From sequence record OQ267593.1: DNA of 60,324 nucleotides; one strand, given 5' to 3'. The first letter of the stretch is position 1. Each line of letters starts with the position of its first letter. This DNA is from Klebsiella phage phi_KPN_H2. The position numbers and the translations under genes are program-made. Positions 46,647 through 55,869 of this stretch are shown one piece after another. Below the pieces are notes generated by a model that searched no databases, was not told the origin of the DNA, and was given only the letters and a program-made list of their open reading frames with translations.

Positions 46647-48306
46647 TCAACAACCGTTACGTTACTATCAGCAGGATGCGGTTAACGGTGTGAATGCTGA
46701 ATGGGACGCTGGTAAAAAAGATGTGATCCTGGTAATGCCTACCGGGAGCGGTAAAACGCGAACGATGGCTGAACTGGTTAAGGTTGACGGGATAAAAGTC
46801 ATTCAGGCGCACCGTAAAGAACTGGTTAGTCAGATAGCAATGGCTATTGCTGCACAGGGATTACCACACCGTTTCATCGCGCAAAAAGACGCTATTAAAT
46901 TTGCTACTGGTCAGCAGATGAAAAAGCTGGGTTACAGCACCTACGCACCCGGCGCAGATATCGTTATTGCCAGTGCACCCACGCTGCGAACAAAAAAATA
47001 CGAACGTTGGCACGATAGCGTAACCCGTGTTTTTTGTGATGAAGCCCATCATCTGGTACGCGGCACCATGTGGGGAACCTGTCGTGAGCTTTTCCCAAAA
47101 TCTTTAGGATTAGGCGTAACTGCATCACCGATCCGTGCAGATGGTAAAGGGCTTGGACGTCATGCGTCTGGCTATGCTGATGCGATGGTGATTGGTCCGG
47201 CAATGCGTGAATTAATCAACCAGCAGCACCTGGCAGATTATCGCCTGATTATGGCTGAAACAGATATTGACCTGACAGCGGATATGATTTCCAGCACCAC
47301 GGGGGATTACAAGCCATCTGCGTTGAAAAAGGCAATGGAAGATTCAACCATCGTTGGTGATACAGTGAGTACCTGGAAAATGTACGCCGACGGTATGCTG
47401 ACGGTGGTTTTCACCGTTGATGTTGACGCGGCTATAACACTGGCACAGGAATTCAGGGACGCGGGTATTCCTGCTGAGGCAATCAGTTCGCGTAATACCG
47501 ATCAGGAACGCGCCGATATTCTGGACCGTTTCGAAAAACGCAAAACCCTGATTATGTGCAACAATGATCTGTTCGGGGAAGGTTACGATTGTCCCGCAAT
47601 GGAATGTGCTGTAATGGACAGACCCACAGAATCCTATTCGTTGTTTATCCAGCAAATGGGACGCCCGTTACGCTATGTTCCGGGTAAAAAAGCACTCATC
47701 ATTGATAAAGTGGGTAACGTCCGGCGCTTTATTGCTCGTGGGTTTCCTTTACCCGATCAACATTACAACTGGTCGTTAGACGACCGTGATCGTAAATCAT
47801 CGAGCGGTGGGGCAAGTAATACAACCTGTACGAATAAAGGGGATGCTGCAAAAGGTATTGAACCCTGTCTGAAACCATACCCTGCAGGGCTTGCTGCCTG
47901 CCCTTACTGTGGTCATGTGCCGGAAAAAGCATTACGTTCTGGTCCTGATCGGGTTGAGGGTAATTTACGCGAACTAACCCCTGAAGAACTCGAAGAACTG
48001 CGCCGGGCAGTGGTGATTATTGACCGTGACCCAGCAGCCGTTAAAGACCAGATGTTACACGCTGGCGCACCCGCTGTTGCAGCTTACAGCGCAATGAAAA
48101 ATATTCAGGCGATGAATGATGCACAACGTAAGTTACGTTCCATGATAACCACATGGGCTGGGTTACAGCGTGATAAAGGTATTTCACCTGATGATGCTTA
48201 TCGTATGTTTTATCAGGTATTTGGCGTTGATGTACTCAGCGCACAGGCGTTACACACTCGGGAAGCAAACGAGTTGTCAGCACGGGTTGCAGGAACTATG
48301 ATTTAA
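46642..48306 (+). CDS. superfamily-2 DEAD/DEAH-box helicase
   Basis: Walker A VMPTGSGKT, DEAH box (FCDEAHH), helicase C-domain motifs. Confidence 0.8.
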   Translation: MSQQPLRYYQQDAVNGVNAEWDAGKKDVILVMPTGSGKTRTMAELVKVDGIKVIQAHRKELVSQIAMAIAAQGLPHRFIAQKDAIKFATGQQMKKLGYSTYAPGADIVIASAPTLRTKKYERWHDSVTRVFCDEAHHLVRGTMWGTCRELFPKSLGLGVTASPIRADGKGLGRHASGYADAMVIGPAMRELINQQHLADYRLIMAETDIDLTADMISSTTGDYKPSALKKAMEDSTIVGDTVSTWKMYADGMLTVVFTVDVDAAITLAQEFRDAGIPAEAISSRNTDQERADILDRFEKRKTLIMCNNDLFGEGYDCPAMECAVMDRPTESYSLFIQQMGRPLRYVPGKKALIIDKVGNVRRFIARGFPLPDQHYNWSLDDRDRKSSSGGASNTTCTNKGDAAKGIEPCLKPYPAGLAACPYCGHVPEKALRSGPDRVEGNLRELTPEELEELRRAVVIIDRDPAAVKDQMLHAGAPAVAAYSAMKNIQAMNDAQRKLRSMITTWAGLQRDKGISPDDAYRMFYQVFGVDVLSAQALHTREANELSARVAGTMI

Positions 48307-48348
48307 TGGTAATCTGTTTAGAATTATTTTAAACATAAGGTTGAACGA

Positions 48349-48855
48349 ATGCAGGATCTGATGATTGATATTGAAACATGTGGCACGAAACCCGGTTGTG
48401 CGGTGCTTTCCATTGGTGCTGTATATTTCGATCGCAAAGGTAATATCGGTGAACAGTTTTACGCATCGATGGGTTTTAGCGCGTTGTCATACGGTAATGC
48501 TGATGTTGACATAATGCGTTGGTGGTCGCAGCAGTCTGAACAGGCGCGTACTGATGCGTTTGGCGGGACTGATGACCCACGTGAAGTAGCACAACGTTTT
48601 GCAAAATTCATTCGTTCTGATGCGCTTCCCTGGGGTAACGGATCTGTATTTGATATTACCATTTTAGAAGCATGGTTTGATGCGGTAGGTATCCGCTGCC
48701 CGTGGAAATTCTGGAATGTTCGCGATGTGCGCACGGCGGTGGATTTGCTGGGTATCAATACTAAACTGTTTATCCGTGATGGTGTTTTTCATAACGCGCT
48801 GGATGATTGCCTTCATCAGATCAAATATCTCACCAGCGGGACTAAACATTTATGA
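48349..48855 (+). CDS. DnaQ-like 3'-5' exonuclease
   Basis: N-terminal MIDIETCGT (Exo I DxE) and a distal H...D motif (HNALDD). Confidence 0.6.
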   Translation: MQDLMIDIETCGTKPGCAVLSIGAVYFDRKGNIGEQFYASMGFSALSYGNADVDIMRWWSQQSEQARTDAFGGTDDPREVAQRFAKFIRSDALPWGNGSVFDITILEAWFDAVGIRCPWKFWNVRDVRTAVDLLGINTKLFIRDGVFHNALDDCLHQIKYLTSGTKHL

Positions 48856-49343
48856 CACCACTTGAACAATGGGCGAAACGCCACGGTGTCAGCCAGATGG
48901 CACTATATGAACTGTATGGTCTGTTTCAGCCGGACGGGAAACCGCATGAAGATGGTGTTAGCGAGTCAGCAACGTCTAAAGAATGCGAACTGATCGCGGC
49001 CCGTGCGGGTCAGCGTCTCTGGCGAAACAACAATGGCGCTTTACAGAATGAAAAAGGTCAGTGGGTTCGCTACGGTTTGGGTAACACCAGCAAGAAGATC
49101 AACGATGTTATGAAATCCAGTGACTATATCGGGATCAAAACGTTGATTATCACCCCTGCTGATGTTGGTCGTAAAATTGGAATGTTTATCGCGGCTGAAA
49201 TGAAAGAGCCAAACTGGCACATGACCCCCAGTGATAAACGCGCACAGGCGCAGGCCACTTTTGGTACAGTTGTAGTTAACGCAGGTGGTGAATTTCGTTT
49301 CATCACCCACCCCTCACAGTTTGAACAATGGATGAAAGAATGA
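48852..49343 (+). CDS. VRR-NUC domain nuclease
   Basis: ...SDYIGIKTLIITPADVGRKIGMFIAAEMKE matches the PD-(D/E)xK VRR-NUC core (D...E-x-K). Confidence 0.55.
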   Translation: MTPLEQWAKRHGVSQMALYELYGLFQPDGKPHEDGVSESATSKECELIAARAGQRLWRNNNGALQNEKGQWVRYGLGNTSKKINDVMKSSDYIGIKTLIITPADVGRKIGMFIAAEMKEPNWHMTPSDKRAQAQATFGTVVVNAGGEFRFITHPSQFEQWMKE

Positions 49344-49513
49344 ATAACGAACGCGTAAACCGTCTGCAAAAATTGATCGATACTCACGGGATTGAAAACG
49401 TTGCTAAACGTATGAACGTAAGTGAGATCCACATTAAACGTAATCTTCTCACAGGTCATTCAGCAATCAACCTGGTAAAACTCATGGCTGCTGAACGTCA
49501 GTTCGGAGCGTAG
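49328..49513 (+). CDS. small helix-turn-helix protein
   Basis: VAKRMNVSEIHIKRNL is HTH-like. Confidence 0.35.
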   Translation: MDERMNNERVNRLQKLIDTHGIENVAKRMNVSEIHIKRNLLTGHSAINLVKLMAAERQFGA

Positions 49514-49516
49514 ATC

Positions 49517-50080
49517 ATGATGGAGAGAAAATCACTTCCATCACAGGATTACATAAAAAAATGTTTCGTATACAACGAAGATACTGGTGATCTTGTTTGG
49601 AAATACAGACCGCAAAACCATTTTAAAAATTCCGTTGGTTTTAAAAACTTCAACAATCAGAACGTGGGTAAAATCGCGGGTTCAATAGTTACAACCAAAG
49701 AGGGTAATCGTTACAGAAGTGTTAAGATAAATGGTGTTTTTTATTTTGCGCACAGATTGGTTTTCAAGCTCTTATACAATGAAGAACCTGATTACATCGA
49801 TCATTTAAATGGGAACGGCATTGATAACCGTAAAGTGAATTTAGAAAAATCAACTGCTCATAAAAACAATAAAAATCAAACACTTAATAAAAGAAATAAA
49901 GAAAATAAAATGGGTGTTTATTGGCGTGAGGACCACGGTCGTTTTTGTGCGTCAATTGGTTATAAAGGAAAACAAATTCACATAGGTTCTTTTATGAGCA
50001 AAAAAGAAGCCGTAAAGGCCCGTGAAAAAGCTGAAAAAGAACTCTTATTTTCTTCGAATCACGGGAGACTTAGAACATGA
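49517..50080 (+). CDS. HNH homing endonuclease with AP2 DNA-binding domain
   Basis: HNH core HRLVFKLLYNEEP...DHLNGNGIDNR and C-terminal AP2-like GVYWREDHGRFCASIGYKGKQIHIGSF. Confidence 0.75.
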   Translation: MMERKSLPSQDYIKKCFVYNEDTGDLVWKYRPQNHFKNSVGFKNFNNQNVGKIAGSIVTTKEGNRYRSVKINGVFYFAHRLVFKLLYNEEPDYIDHLNGNGIDNRKVNLEKSTAHKNNKNQTLNKRNKENKMGVYWREDHGRFCASIGYKGKQIHIGSFMSKKEAVKAREKAEKELLFSSNHGRLRT

Positions 50081-52431
50081 AAGGTCTGCTGAACCGTAAA
50101 CAGTGGATTTGTTGGAGGCTGGAACACGTTGAAGGTCGCCCAAAACCTACCAAAGTACCTTACAGCCCAATTCACGGGTATAAGGCCAGTACAACAAACC
50201 CTGCTGACTGGTCTGACTATCATACTGCGCTGGGTATGGCGCAAATGTATGGTATGTCAGGTGTCGGTTTCGTGTTCACTGAAAACGATCCTTATTTTTT
50301 CATTGACGTCGATAACTGTCTGGTAGACCAGGCTACCGCTACATGGTCGCCACTGGCGCATGAATTTGTAAACCGTTTCCCCGGCGCTTATACGGAAGTA
50401 AGCCAGTCAGGAACAGGTTTACATATCATCTGTGCCTACACCAGTTTACCGGAAGGTTTCAACAGCCTTAACGATCAGAAAACCGGACTTGAAATGTACT
50501 GGCGCGATCGTTTTGTCGCCATGACGTTAACAGGGAACGGTGAAGTTGACGTTGATTATACACAGGGCGTTCATGACTCAATCGCCCGGTATGGTCGTAT
50601 TCGTTCCGATCGTTCAGCACACTGGACCAGTGCACCCTGTGACGAATGGTCCGGGCCGGAAGATGATGAAGAACTGATCGCAATGGCGTTAAAGTCGTCA
50701 AGTGCGGCTTCAGTTTTTGGGAATAAAGCATCGTTTGCGGATCTGTGGACTGCGAATGTTGAAAAACTGTCTGTCAGTTACGCCAGTGATCAGGGAAAAG
50801 ACTACAACGCGTCAGCCGCTGATGCTGCTTTGTGTTCACACCTTGCTTTCTGGACGGGTAAAAACTGTGAACGAATGGAGCGGTTATTTAATAAATCCGC
50901 GCTGGTTCGTGGTAAATGGACCGATCGCCAGGATTACCGGGAAACAACCATATTAGGCGCGGTTGAACGTTGCGATACCGTTTATCGTGCGCAACCAGCA
51001 CTGACACAGGAACTGATTAATGCTGTTACGCCAGCGCCTACAGTAGCTGTTACTGGTGGTGTTCCGGCATATATGACTATCAGACCTGGTGAAGGTGCAT
51101 ATGGTGCTAACCATACCGTTAACGCGTCAACGTTCGTTAATAACTATTATCCGAACAACACGCTTATTTTTGTACAGCAGCAACCGTACCGCTTTAACGG
51201 TCGCGTCTGGGAGCGGGTGACAGAAGATGAATTAAAACATCAGTTATCTATGGCAATGCTGGCGAGCGAACCAAAAGCTGATGTGATTAATGGCACATAT
51301 AAAGTTTTAAGCTATCTGTTTACCCGTGCCGATCGTGAGTTAGGCACCTGGCCGGGCGTTGATGTTTCACACTATATCGTGTGTCAAAACGGGATCCTTG
51401 ACGTTCACACGAGAAAATGTGAACCGCACAATCCTGATTTCTTCACTACCAGTATTTTACCATACAGTTACGATCCGTTTGCACAGGCACCCGTTTTTCA
51501 GGAATTTCTGAATACGACACTGGAAGGCGATCAGGAACGTATTGCACTGTTGCAGGAGTGGTTGGGTTATATGCTTGTTAACTCCTATGACTATCAGAAA
51601 GCAATGCTGATGATCGGTGCACCACGTTCCGGTAAAGGTACAATCGGCCAGATTATACAGGCGCTGGTAGGTGAAGAAGCGTATGCAGGGATCACGCTCG
51701 AAGGTCTGGCGAATGATGCAATACTTGAAACTGTTCTGGATAAATCAGTGTTGTTTATCGGTGATGCTCACAGTGTTTCCGGGCCTGACCGTAACAGGAT
51801 CCTTGACCGCTTTAAGTCAATAACTGGTGCTGATGCGATACCTGTTAACCGTAAATATAAAGGTGCGTGGAACGGTCGTTTACCAGGTCGTATGACACTT
51901 GCCGCGAACAATATTCCGGCTTTTGCGGATGATTCCGGGGCAATGGCTAACCGTCTGCTGATCCTGCCGTTTAACGTGTCGTTCCTCAATCGTGAAGATA
52001 TCACCTTAAAATCACGACTGATGAAGGAATTACCGGGGATCTGCAACTGGGCTATCGAAGGTCTGGAACGTTTACGTAAAAATAACCGCTTCACAGAACC
52101 TGCAGCGAGTATCGCAGAACGTCAGGAAATCATGGACCAGCAGGCACCGTTAATGGCTTTTGTGCGTGACTGCTGCGAACTGCTGCCTGATAGCGCTACT
52201 CACACTGAAGAACTTTTCTGTAGATATAAAATGTGGAAGATGCAGGAGGGAGGCGCAACCATGACTAAAACCGCATTTAGTCGGGCGTTTAAGTCAATGC
52301 TTCGTGGGCGAGTGGTTAAAGATGTGGTATCAGTCAATGGTCAGCGTGCTAACGGCTTCAGGGGTGTCCGTTTACTCTCTTTCCAGTCAGCGGCTAATGT
52401 GCTGCCGTTCCCGCCTGTCAGTAATAGTTAA
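50077..52431 (+). CDS. primase-helicase (bifunctional prim-pol N-terminal domain plus D5/P4-type SF3 helicase)
   Basis: Walker A GAPRSGKGT and Walker B ...LFIGDA in the C-terminal half. The N-terminal half is about 400 aa. Confidence 0.7.
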   Translation: MKGLLNRKQWICWRLEHVEGRPKPTKVPYSPIHGYKASTTNPADWSDYHTALGMAQMYGMSGVGFVFTENDPYFFIDVDNCLVDQATATWSPLAHEFVNRFPGAYTEVSQSGTGLHIICAYTSLPEGFNSLNDQKTGLEMYWRDRFVAMTLTGNGEVDVDYTQGVHDSIARYGRIRSDRSAHWTSAPCDEWSGPEDDEELIAMALKSSSAASVFGNKASFADLWTANVEKLSVSYASDQGKDYNASAADAALCSHLAFWTGKNCERMERLFNKSALVRGKWTDRQDYRETTILGAVERCDTVYRAQPALTQELINAVTPAPTVAVTGGVPAYMTIRPGEGAYGANHTVNASTFVNNYYPNNTLIFVQQQPYRFNGRVWERVTEDELKHQLSMAMLASEPKADVINGTYKVLSYLFTRADRELGTWPGVDVSHYIVCQNGILDVHTRKCEPHNPDFFTTSILPYSYDPFAQAPVFQEFLNTTLEGDQERIALLQEWLGYMLVNSYDYQKAMLMIGAPRSGKGTIGQIIQALVGEEAYAGITLEGLANDAILETVLDKSVLFIGDAHSVSGPDRNRILDRFKSITGADAIPVNRKYKGAWNGRLPGRMTLAANNIPAFADDSGAMANRLLILPFNVSFLNREDITLKSRLMKELPGICNWAIEGLERLRKNNRFTEPAASIAERQEIMDQQAPLMAFVRDCCELLPDSATHTEELFCRYKMWKMQEGGATMTKTAFSRAFKSMLRGRVVKDVVSVNGQRANGFRGVRLLSFQSAANVLPFPPVSNS

Positions 52432-52469
52432 AATAATTCTTGACGGATTACAAGGAAGTGATCCATACT
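52430..52469 (+). promoter_or_regulatory. conserved promoter element copy 9 (plus orientation): AAAATAATTCTTGACGGATTA, 18-nt spacer, CATACT
   Basis: -35 TTGACG at 52440-52445. Located upstream of the small-gene array that starts at 52500. Confidence 0.55.
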
Positions 52470-52499
52470 CTGTACATCAACTGAACAGGGGTTAAGAAA

Positions 52500-52709
52500 A
52501 TGGTTAACGTTAAGTGCATCAAAGATAACGAAGGTTACTGGACCGAAGGTGAAATTTATCAGGCTGAAACAGAACCGGGTGGTTTTTTAAGAATTGGTGA
52601 CGATAACGACAAAAATGCTGATTGGTGTTTAGTGCCATTATCATATGATGAAAATGAAAAAGCCACTTATTTATTAGCTGGCTTAGATGCTGAATTTATT
52701 GATCTATGA
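52500..52709 (+). CDS. hypothetical protein
   Basis: First gene after the + oriented conserved promoter at 52430-52469. Confidence 0.45.
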   Translation: MVNVKCIKDNEGYWTEGEIYQAETEPGGFLRIGDDNDKNADWCLVPLSYDENEKATYLLAGLDAEFIDL

Positions 52710-52933
52710 AACGTCGCCGTAAGCAGTATACATGCCGATGCAGCGCCTATGGTTTCCCACACCGTTTTAGTGGTGGGCGCTGTCAGGGGTTATGGTTGGT
52801 CGAACCTAATAATTATTGCCCCGCGTGTAATTTGCTTACTGGTTCTGGTTGCCAGGTTATTAACGGTGTTGAACACCCGCGCGAATGTCCGTTAGTTCAG
52901 GATTTTTGCACTTATCACGAGGTTAAATTATGA
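52706..52933 (+). CDS. cysteine-rich small protein (putative zinc-binding)
   Basis: Nine Cys in 75 aa. Confidence 0.4.
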   Translation: MKRRRKQYTCRCSAYGFPHRFSGGRCQGLWLVEPNNYCPACNLLTGSGCQVINGVEHPRECPLVQDFCTYHEVKL

Positions 52934-53142
52934 AGCCGCGTTATCGATTAATGAAATTATCAGAATGTGCGAACGGGACGCGATTTTATTTCTATCGTTC
53001 TAAATTGATGTGGCCTTATACGCTAATTGCTATCAATCGTAAGAAATACGAAGGTGTTTATCACATAGGGCATGGTTTTAATATTAACGTTCGGATGTTT
53101 AGAACATCGTTGAATACACAAGTTTGGGCTAAGGTGGATTAA
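52930..53142 (+). CDS. hypothetical protein
   Basis: 70-aa ORF with ATGA coupling. Confidence 0.4.
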   Translation: MKPRYRLMKLSECANGTRFYFYRSKLMWPYTLIAINRKKYEGVYHIGHGFNINVRMFRTSLNTQVWAKVD

Positions 53143-53400
53143 ATGGAATGGAAACGTATTAAACGAAGTTACGGATCGAACCCATTATATCTGTATTTGA
53201 ATAAACTTCATGTTGCTACAGTTTCATGGGATTTTGGGCATTCTAAAAATAACCCCAATACTCATCGTGCTAATGTGCATTTACCGGGTATGAAACAAGA
53301 ATTTTCTACTTCTACACACCCCAGTGAACAAATAGCAAAAGACGCTGTTGAAACTATTGTTAAACGCTGGGTAGATGCTGCCGGACTGGAGTTTAAATAA
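53143..53400 (+). CDS. hypothetical protein
   Basis: 85-aa ORF. Confidence 0.4.
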   Translation: MEWKRIKRSYGSNPLYLYLNKLHVATVSWDFGHSKNNPNTHRANVHLPGMKQEFSTSTHPSEQIAKDAVETIVKRWVDAAGLEFK

Positions 53401-53591
53401 TGAGTGGTCGTCGAACTCGTTCGTTACGCTGTAGCAAGTGTTATGAACAATACGGTTATAACGGTCTGGTCGAAGTTACTGGTGAGAACGGAAACGCTTT
53501 TACCTGCCGTTGTAAAACCTGTGGTCACACTTATCAAACAACATCAGCGGCTGCACGCCGTGCCTGGAGATATCGTGAAAAGAGAATTTGA
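53400..53591 (+). CDS. Ogr/Delta-like zinc-finger protein (candidate transcription activator)
   Basis: C-x2-C-x21-C-x-C-x2-C resembles the P2 Ogr C-x2-C-x22-C-x4-C finger. Confidence 0.35.
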   Translation: MSGRRTRSLRCSKCYEQYGYNGLVEVTGENGNAFTCRCKTCGHTYQTTSAAARRAWRYREKRI

Positions 53592-53598
53592 TCGTTAT

Positions 53599-54144
53599 GT
53601 GGTAATCAAGAATAGTCATGCAGAACAAGCACTAACCGATGATGAACGTAAAGAACTTTATCGGTTAGGTGTGAAGTGCGCAAAATGGCGTCGGGATAAC
53701 GGCAAAAAACCTTTCGAGTGTGTTGTAGTTGAACACGACTGGCCTGAATATGAACCTGTCTGGAAAGCGATTGAACAACGTGTTGATGGTCCACACCCTT
53801 TACCAGTAATGAATAAAGATGTTCGGTGTTTAGTTGACGCTATTAGTCAGGCAGCGTTAGCTGATGATATTTCTGCTGGTATATTTGGTCCTGTTTTTAG
53901 TCAGCTTATTTTCCAGTTAGCAGAAATAAAGCGCAAATCACAATTACTCGATCAGTTACGCGATCTGATGGGTTACGTTCAAAACGGAACAGATGGAATT
54001 ATCACTTTGTTCCAGGATGATGCTACTTTAACTTATTGGGTTACTCATCGAACAGCAGGTAAAAAAGAACATGACTGGCAAGAACATGCTGCATCACTAG
54101 AACAAGCTATTCGTAATGCGTATGATAAACATGGGGATAACTAA
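53599..54144 (+). CDS. hypothetical protein whose C-terminal domain is paralogous to 54979..55176
   Basis: The track ORF 53404..54144 overlaps the preceding gene. A GTG at 53599 is the proposed start. C-terminus LRDLMGYVQNGTDGIITLFQDD...YWV...LEQAIRNAYDKHG. Confidence 0.4.
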   Translation: MVIKNSHAEQALTDDERKELYRLGVKCAKWRRDNGKKPFECVVVEHDWPEYEPVWKAIEQRVDGPHPLPVMNKDVRCLVDAISQAALADDISAGIFGPVFSQLIFQLAEIKRKSQLLDQLRDLMGYVQNGTDGIITLFQDDATLTYWVTHRTAGKKEHDWQEHAASLEQAIRNAYDKHGDN

Positions 54145-54145
54145 G

Positions 54146-54307
54146 ATGCTTGAACGTATCGTTATTTCGATTATTTTTCTGATCTCCGTGGCGCTGGTTT
54201 CATCGAATCTGGCGTTTATTACTCAACAGTTCGTACTGGCTTTAACGGGCGTAATTGCAGCGTTAGCCAGTATCGCCGCGTGCATGTGGGGCGCTAAACA
54301 TGAATAA
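54146..54307 (+). CDS. small two-TM membrane protein
   Basis: MLERIVISIIFLISVALVSS...LTGVIAALASIAACMWGA. Confidence 0.4.
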   Translation: MLERIVISIIFLISVALVSSNLAFITQQFVLALTGVIAALASIAACMWGAKHE

Positions 54308-54992
54308 GGTAGTCTGGTCACTTTTCGACGGTTCCGGGATCATGGGTTTGCCGTGGGCTGAGGCTGGTTATCAGGTGTACTGTTTCAATGCGGATAAGGG
54401 TAATCACGGTGAATATAAAATTAAAATGTATCACCCTAACCTGCATTATGTTGATCAGTGGATTGATCCAGATTTTGCTATTAAACGTGAAATCCTCGGA
54501 ACGCCGTTACCGTCTATTATTTTTGGTTTCCCTGATTGCACGCTATTTGCTCAAAGTGGATCACAACATGAACGATCGCAGGGAGCGCTACAATACGCGC
54601 TAATGCTGGCAAAACTGATCCGTGAATTGGGTGAAAGATATAACGTACCGTGGATGATTGAAAACCCGGTGGGTGCTTTGTCACGACCAGAAATGATGGG
54701 TAAAGCAAATGCTTATTTTCATCCGTGGGAATATGGCGGTCATATGAGTATTGACGATCGACCATATCACCCAAAAATGCCGATGTTTGATGGGTATACG
54801 AAAAAAACATGTTTGTGGTTCGGCAATGGTTTTAAAATGCCTGAAAAGTGTCCGGGGCCGATTAACATTGGTTTCTTCTGGGGCTGGAAATTCCTCGGTG
54901 GTAACTCTACACGGACTAAGCAATTACGATCACTTACCCCACGGGGCTTTGCTCGTGCTGTGTTCAAGGCTAACCATCATGACGCATCTTGA
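54300..54992 (+). CDS. DNA (cytosine-5)-methyltransferase-like protein, minimal (no recognisable target-recognition domain)
   Basis: Motif I LFDGSGIMG, motif IV-like GFPDCTLFAQSG, motif VI-like IENPVGAL, distal GGNS. Only 230 aa. Confidence 0.45.
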   Translation: MNKVVWSLFDGSGIMGLPWAEAGYQVYCFNADKGNHGEYKIKMYHPNLHYVDQWIDPDFAIKREILGTPLPSIIFGFPDCTLFAQSGSQHERSQGALQYALMLAKLIRELGERYNVPWMIENPVGALSRPEMMGKANAYFHPWEYGGHMSIDDRPYHPKMPMFDGYTKKTCLWFGNGFKMPEKCPGPINIGFFWGWKFLGGNSTRTKQLRSLTPRGFARAVFKANHHDAS

Positions 54993-55176
54993 AAAATTAC
55001 GATCGCTGATGGGGTATTACCAGTCCGGTAGCGATCAGATAATCAGTCTTGCCCAGGATCCTCATACGGGGCTTTACTGGGTTAGTTGTAAACGTGCCTG
55101 GTATGAATGCGGCGCAACACTGGAAGCCGCGATTGATACCGCTTATGAAAAACATGGGGTGCCTTCTTATGAGTGA
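54979..55176 (+). CDS. small protein (65 aa) paralogous to the C-terminal domain of 53599..54144
   Basis: LRSLMGYYQSGSDQIISLAQDP...YWV...LEAAIDTAYEKHG aligns with the C-terminus of the upstream protein. Confidence 0.4.
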   Translation: MTHLEKLRSLMGYYQSGSDQIISLAQDPHTGLYWVSCKRAWYECGATLEAAIDTAYEKHGVPSYE

Positions 55177-55663
55177 ACAATACGTTTATCGATACAATGA
55201 TGTTAACCGGGTTGGTGATGGTCATGCACAGGTTCAGTTATTGCGCCGGGTGGTTATCAAAGAAACCGAACACTATGTATGGTCTGTTCCTGAACCTTTT
55301 GGGTGGAATGGTGTTCCGGGTGCATTAAGCGATCTCGGGTATTACTGGTCACATCCTAAGCGCAGTTATTATTATCCAAAGAAAACGAAAAAGAACGCGG
55401 ATCGGTCTGCCTGGCATATTACTAAAGAACAGGCAATGAAAGCATGGTTCATTCGTAAACAACACCAGTTAGCACGCCTCAGACTGGCGCTGGAACGCGT
55501 TGAACTCTGTGTGGAAGGTGTTAAAGCGCAGGGGGTGTTAGTTCCAGCCGGTTACGATAAAGTTGGTGATCCGTGGCAACCACTGCGTGTAAAACAAACA
55601 CCTGATAAGGTTGAATGTGGTGCTGGTCCGGTACTGTCTGAATATAGCTGGGTGGAGATCTGA
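55172..55663 (+). CDS. hypothetical protein
   Basis: The track ORF starts at 55049. The ATG at 55172 forms an ATGA overlap with the preceding gene. Confidence 0.4.
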   Translation, partial: SEQYVYRYNDVNRVGDGHAQVQLLRRVVIKETEHYVWSVPEPFGWNGVPGALSDLGYYWSHPKRSYYYPKKTKKNADRSAWHITKEQAMKAWFIRKQHQLARLRLALERVELCVEGVKAQGVLVPAGYDKVGDPWQPLRVKQTPDKVECGAGPVLSEYSWVEI

Positions 55664-55665
55664 TT

Positions 55666-55869
55666 ATGAATGTGGGGAATTTATATGTTTATCAACAAAC
55701 TGGTATTTTTGAAAAATGCTGTGTTTTAATAACACATCATAATCCTTGCGAGGGATTGATCATATGGGCAGACGGTGTAAAACAAAGATCTATGATTACA
55801 GATCAGGATTTCCGCAAATACAACGGGGAATTAGTCGGACGTAATGTAAAAATGAGGCCAACACTATGA
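55666..55869 (+). CDS. hypothetical protein
   Basis: 67-aa ORF. Confidence 0.4.
   Translation: MNVGNLYVYQQTGIFEKCCVLITHHNPCEGLIIWADGVKQRSMITDQDFRKYNGELVGRNVKMRPTL

Noticed and set aside
48318-48340. Eleventh copy of the promoter element (TAATCTGTTTAGAATTATTTTAAA)
   Set aside because: The -35 is destroyed (TAAACA instead of TTGACG), so it is probably a decayed copy. It is mentioned in the promoter finding but not annotated as a functional promoter.
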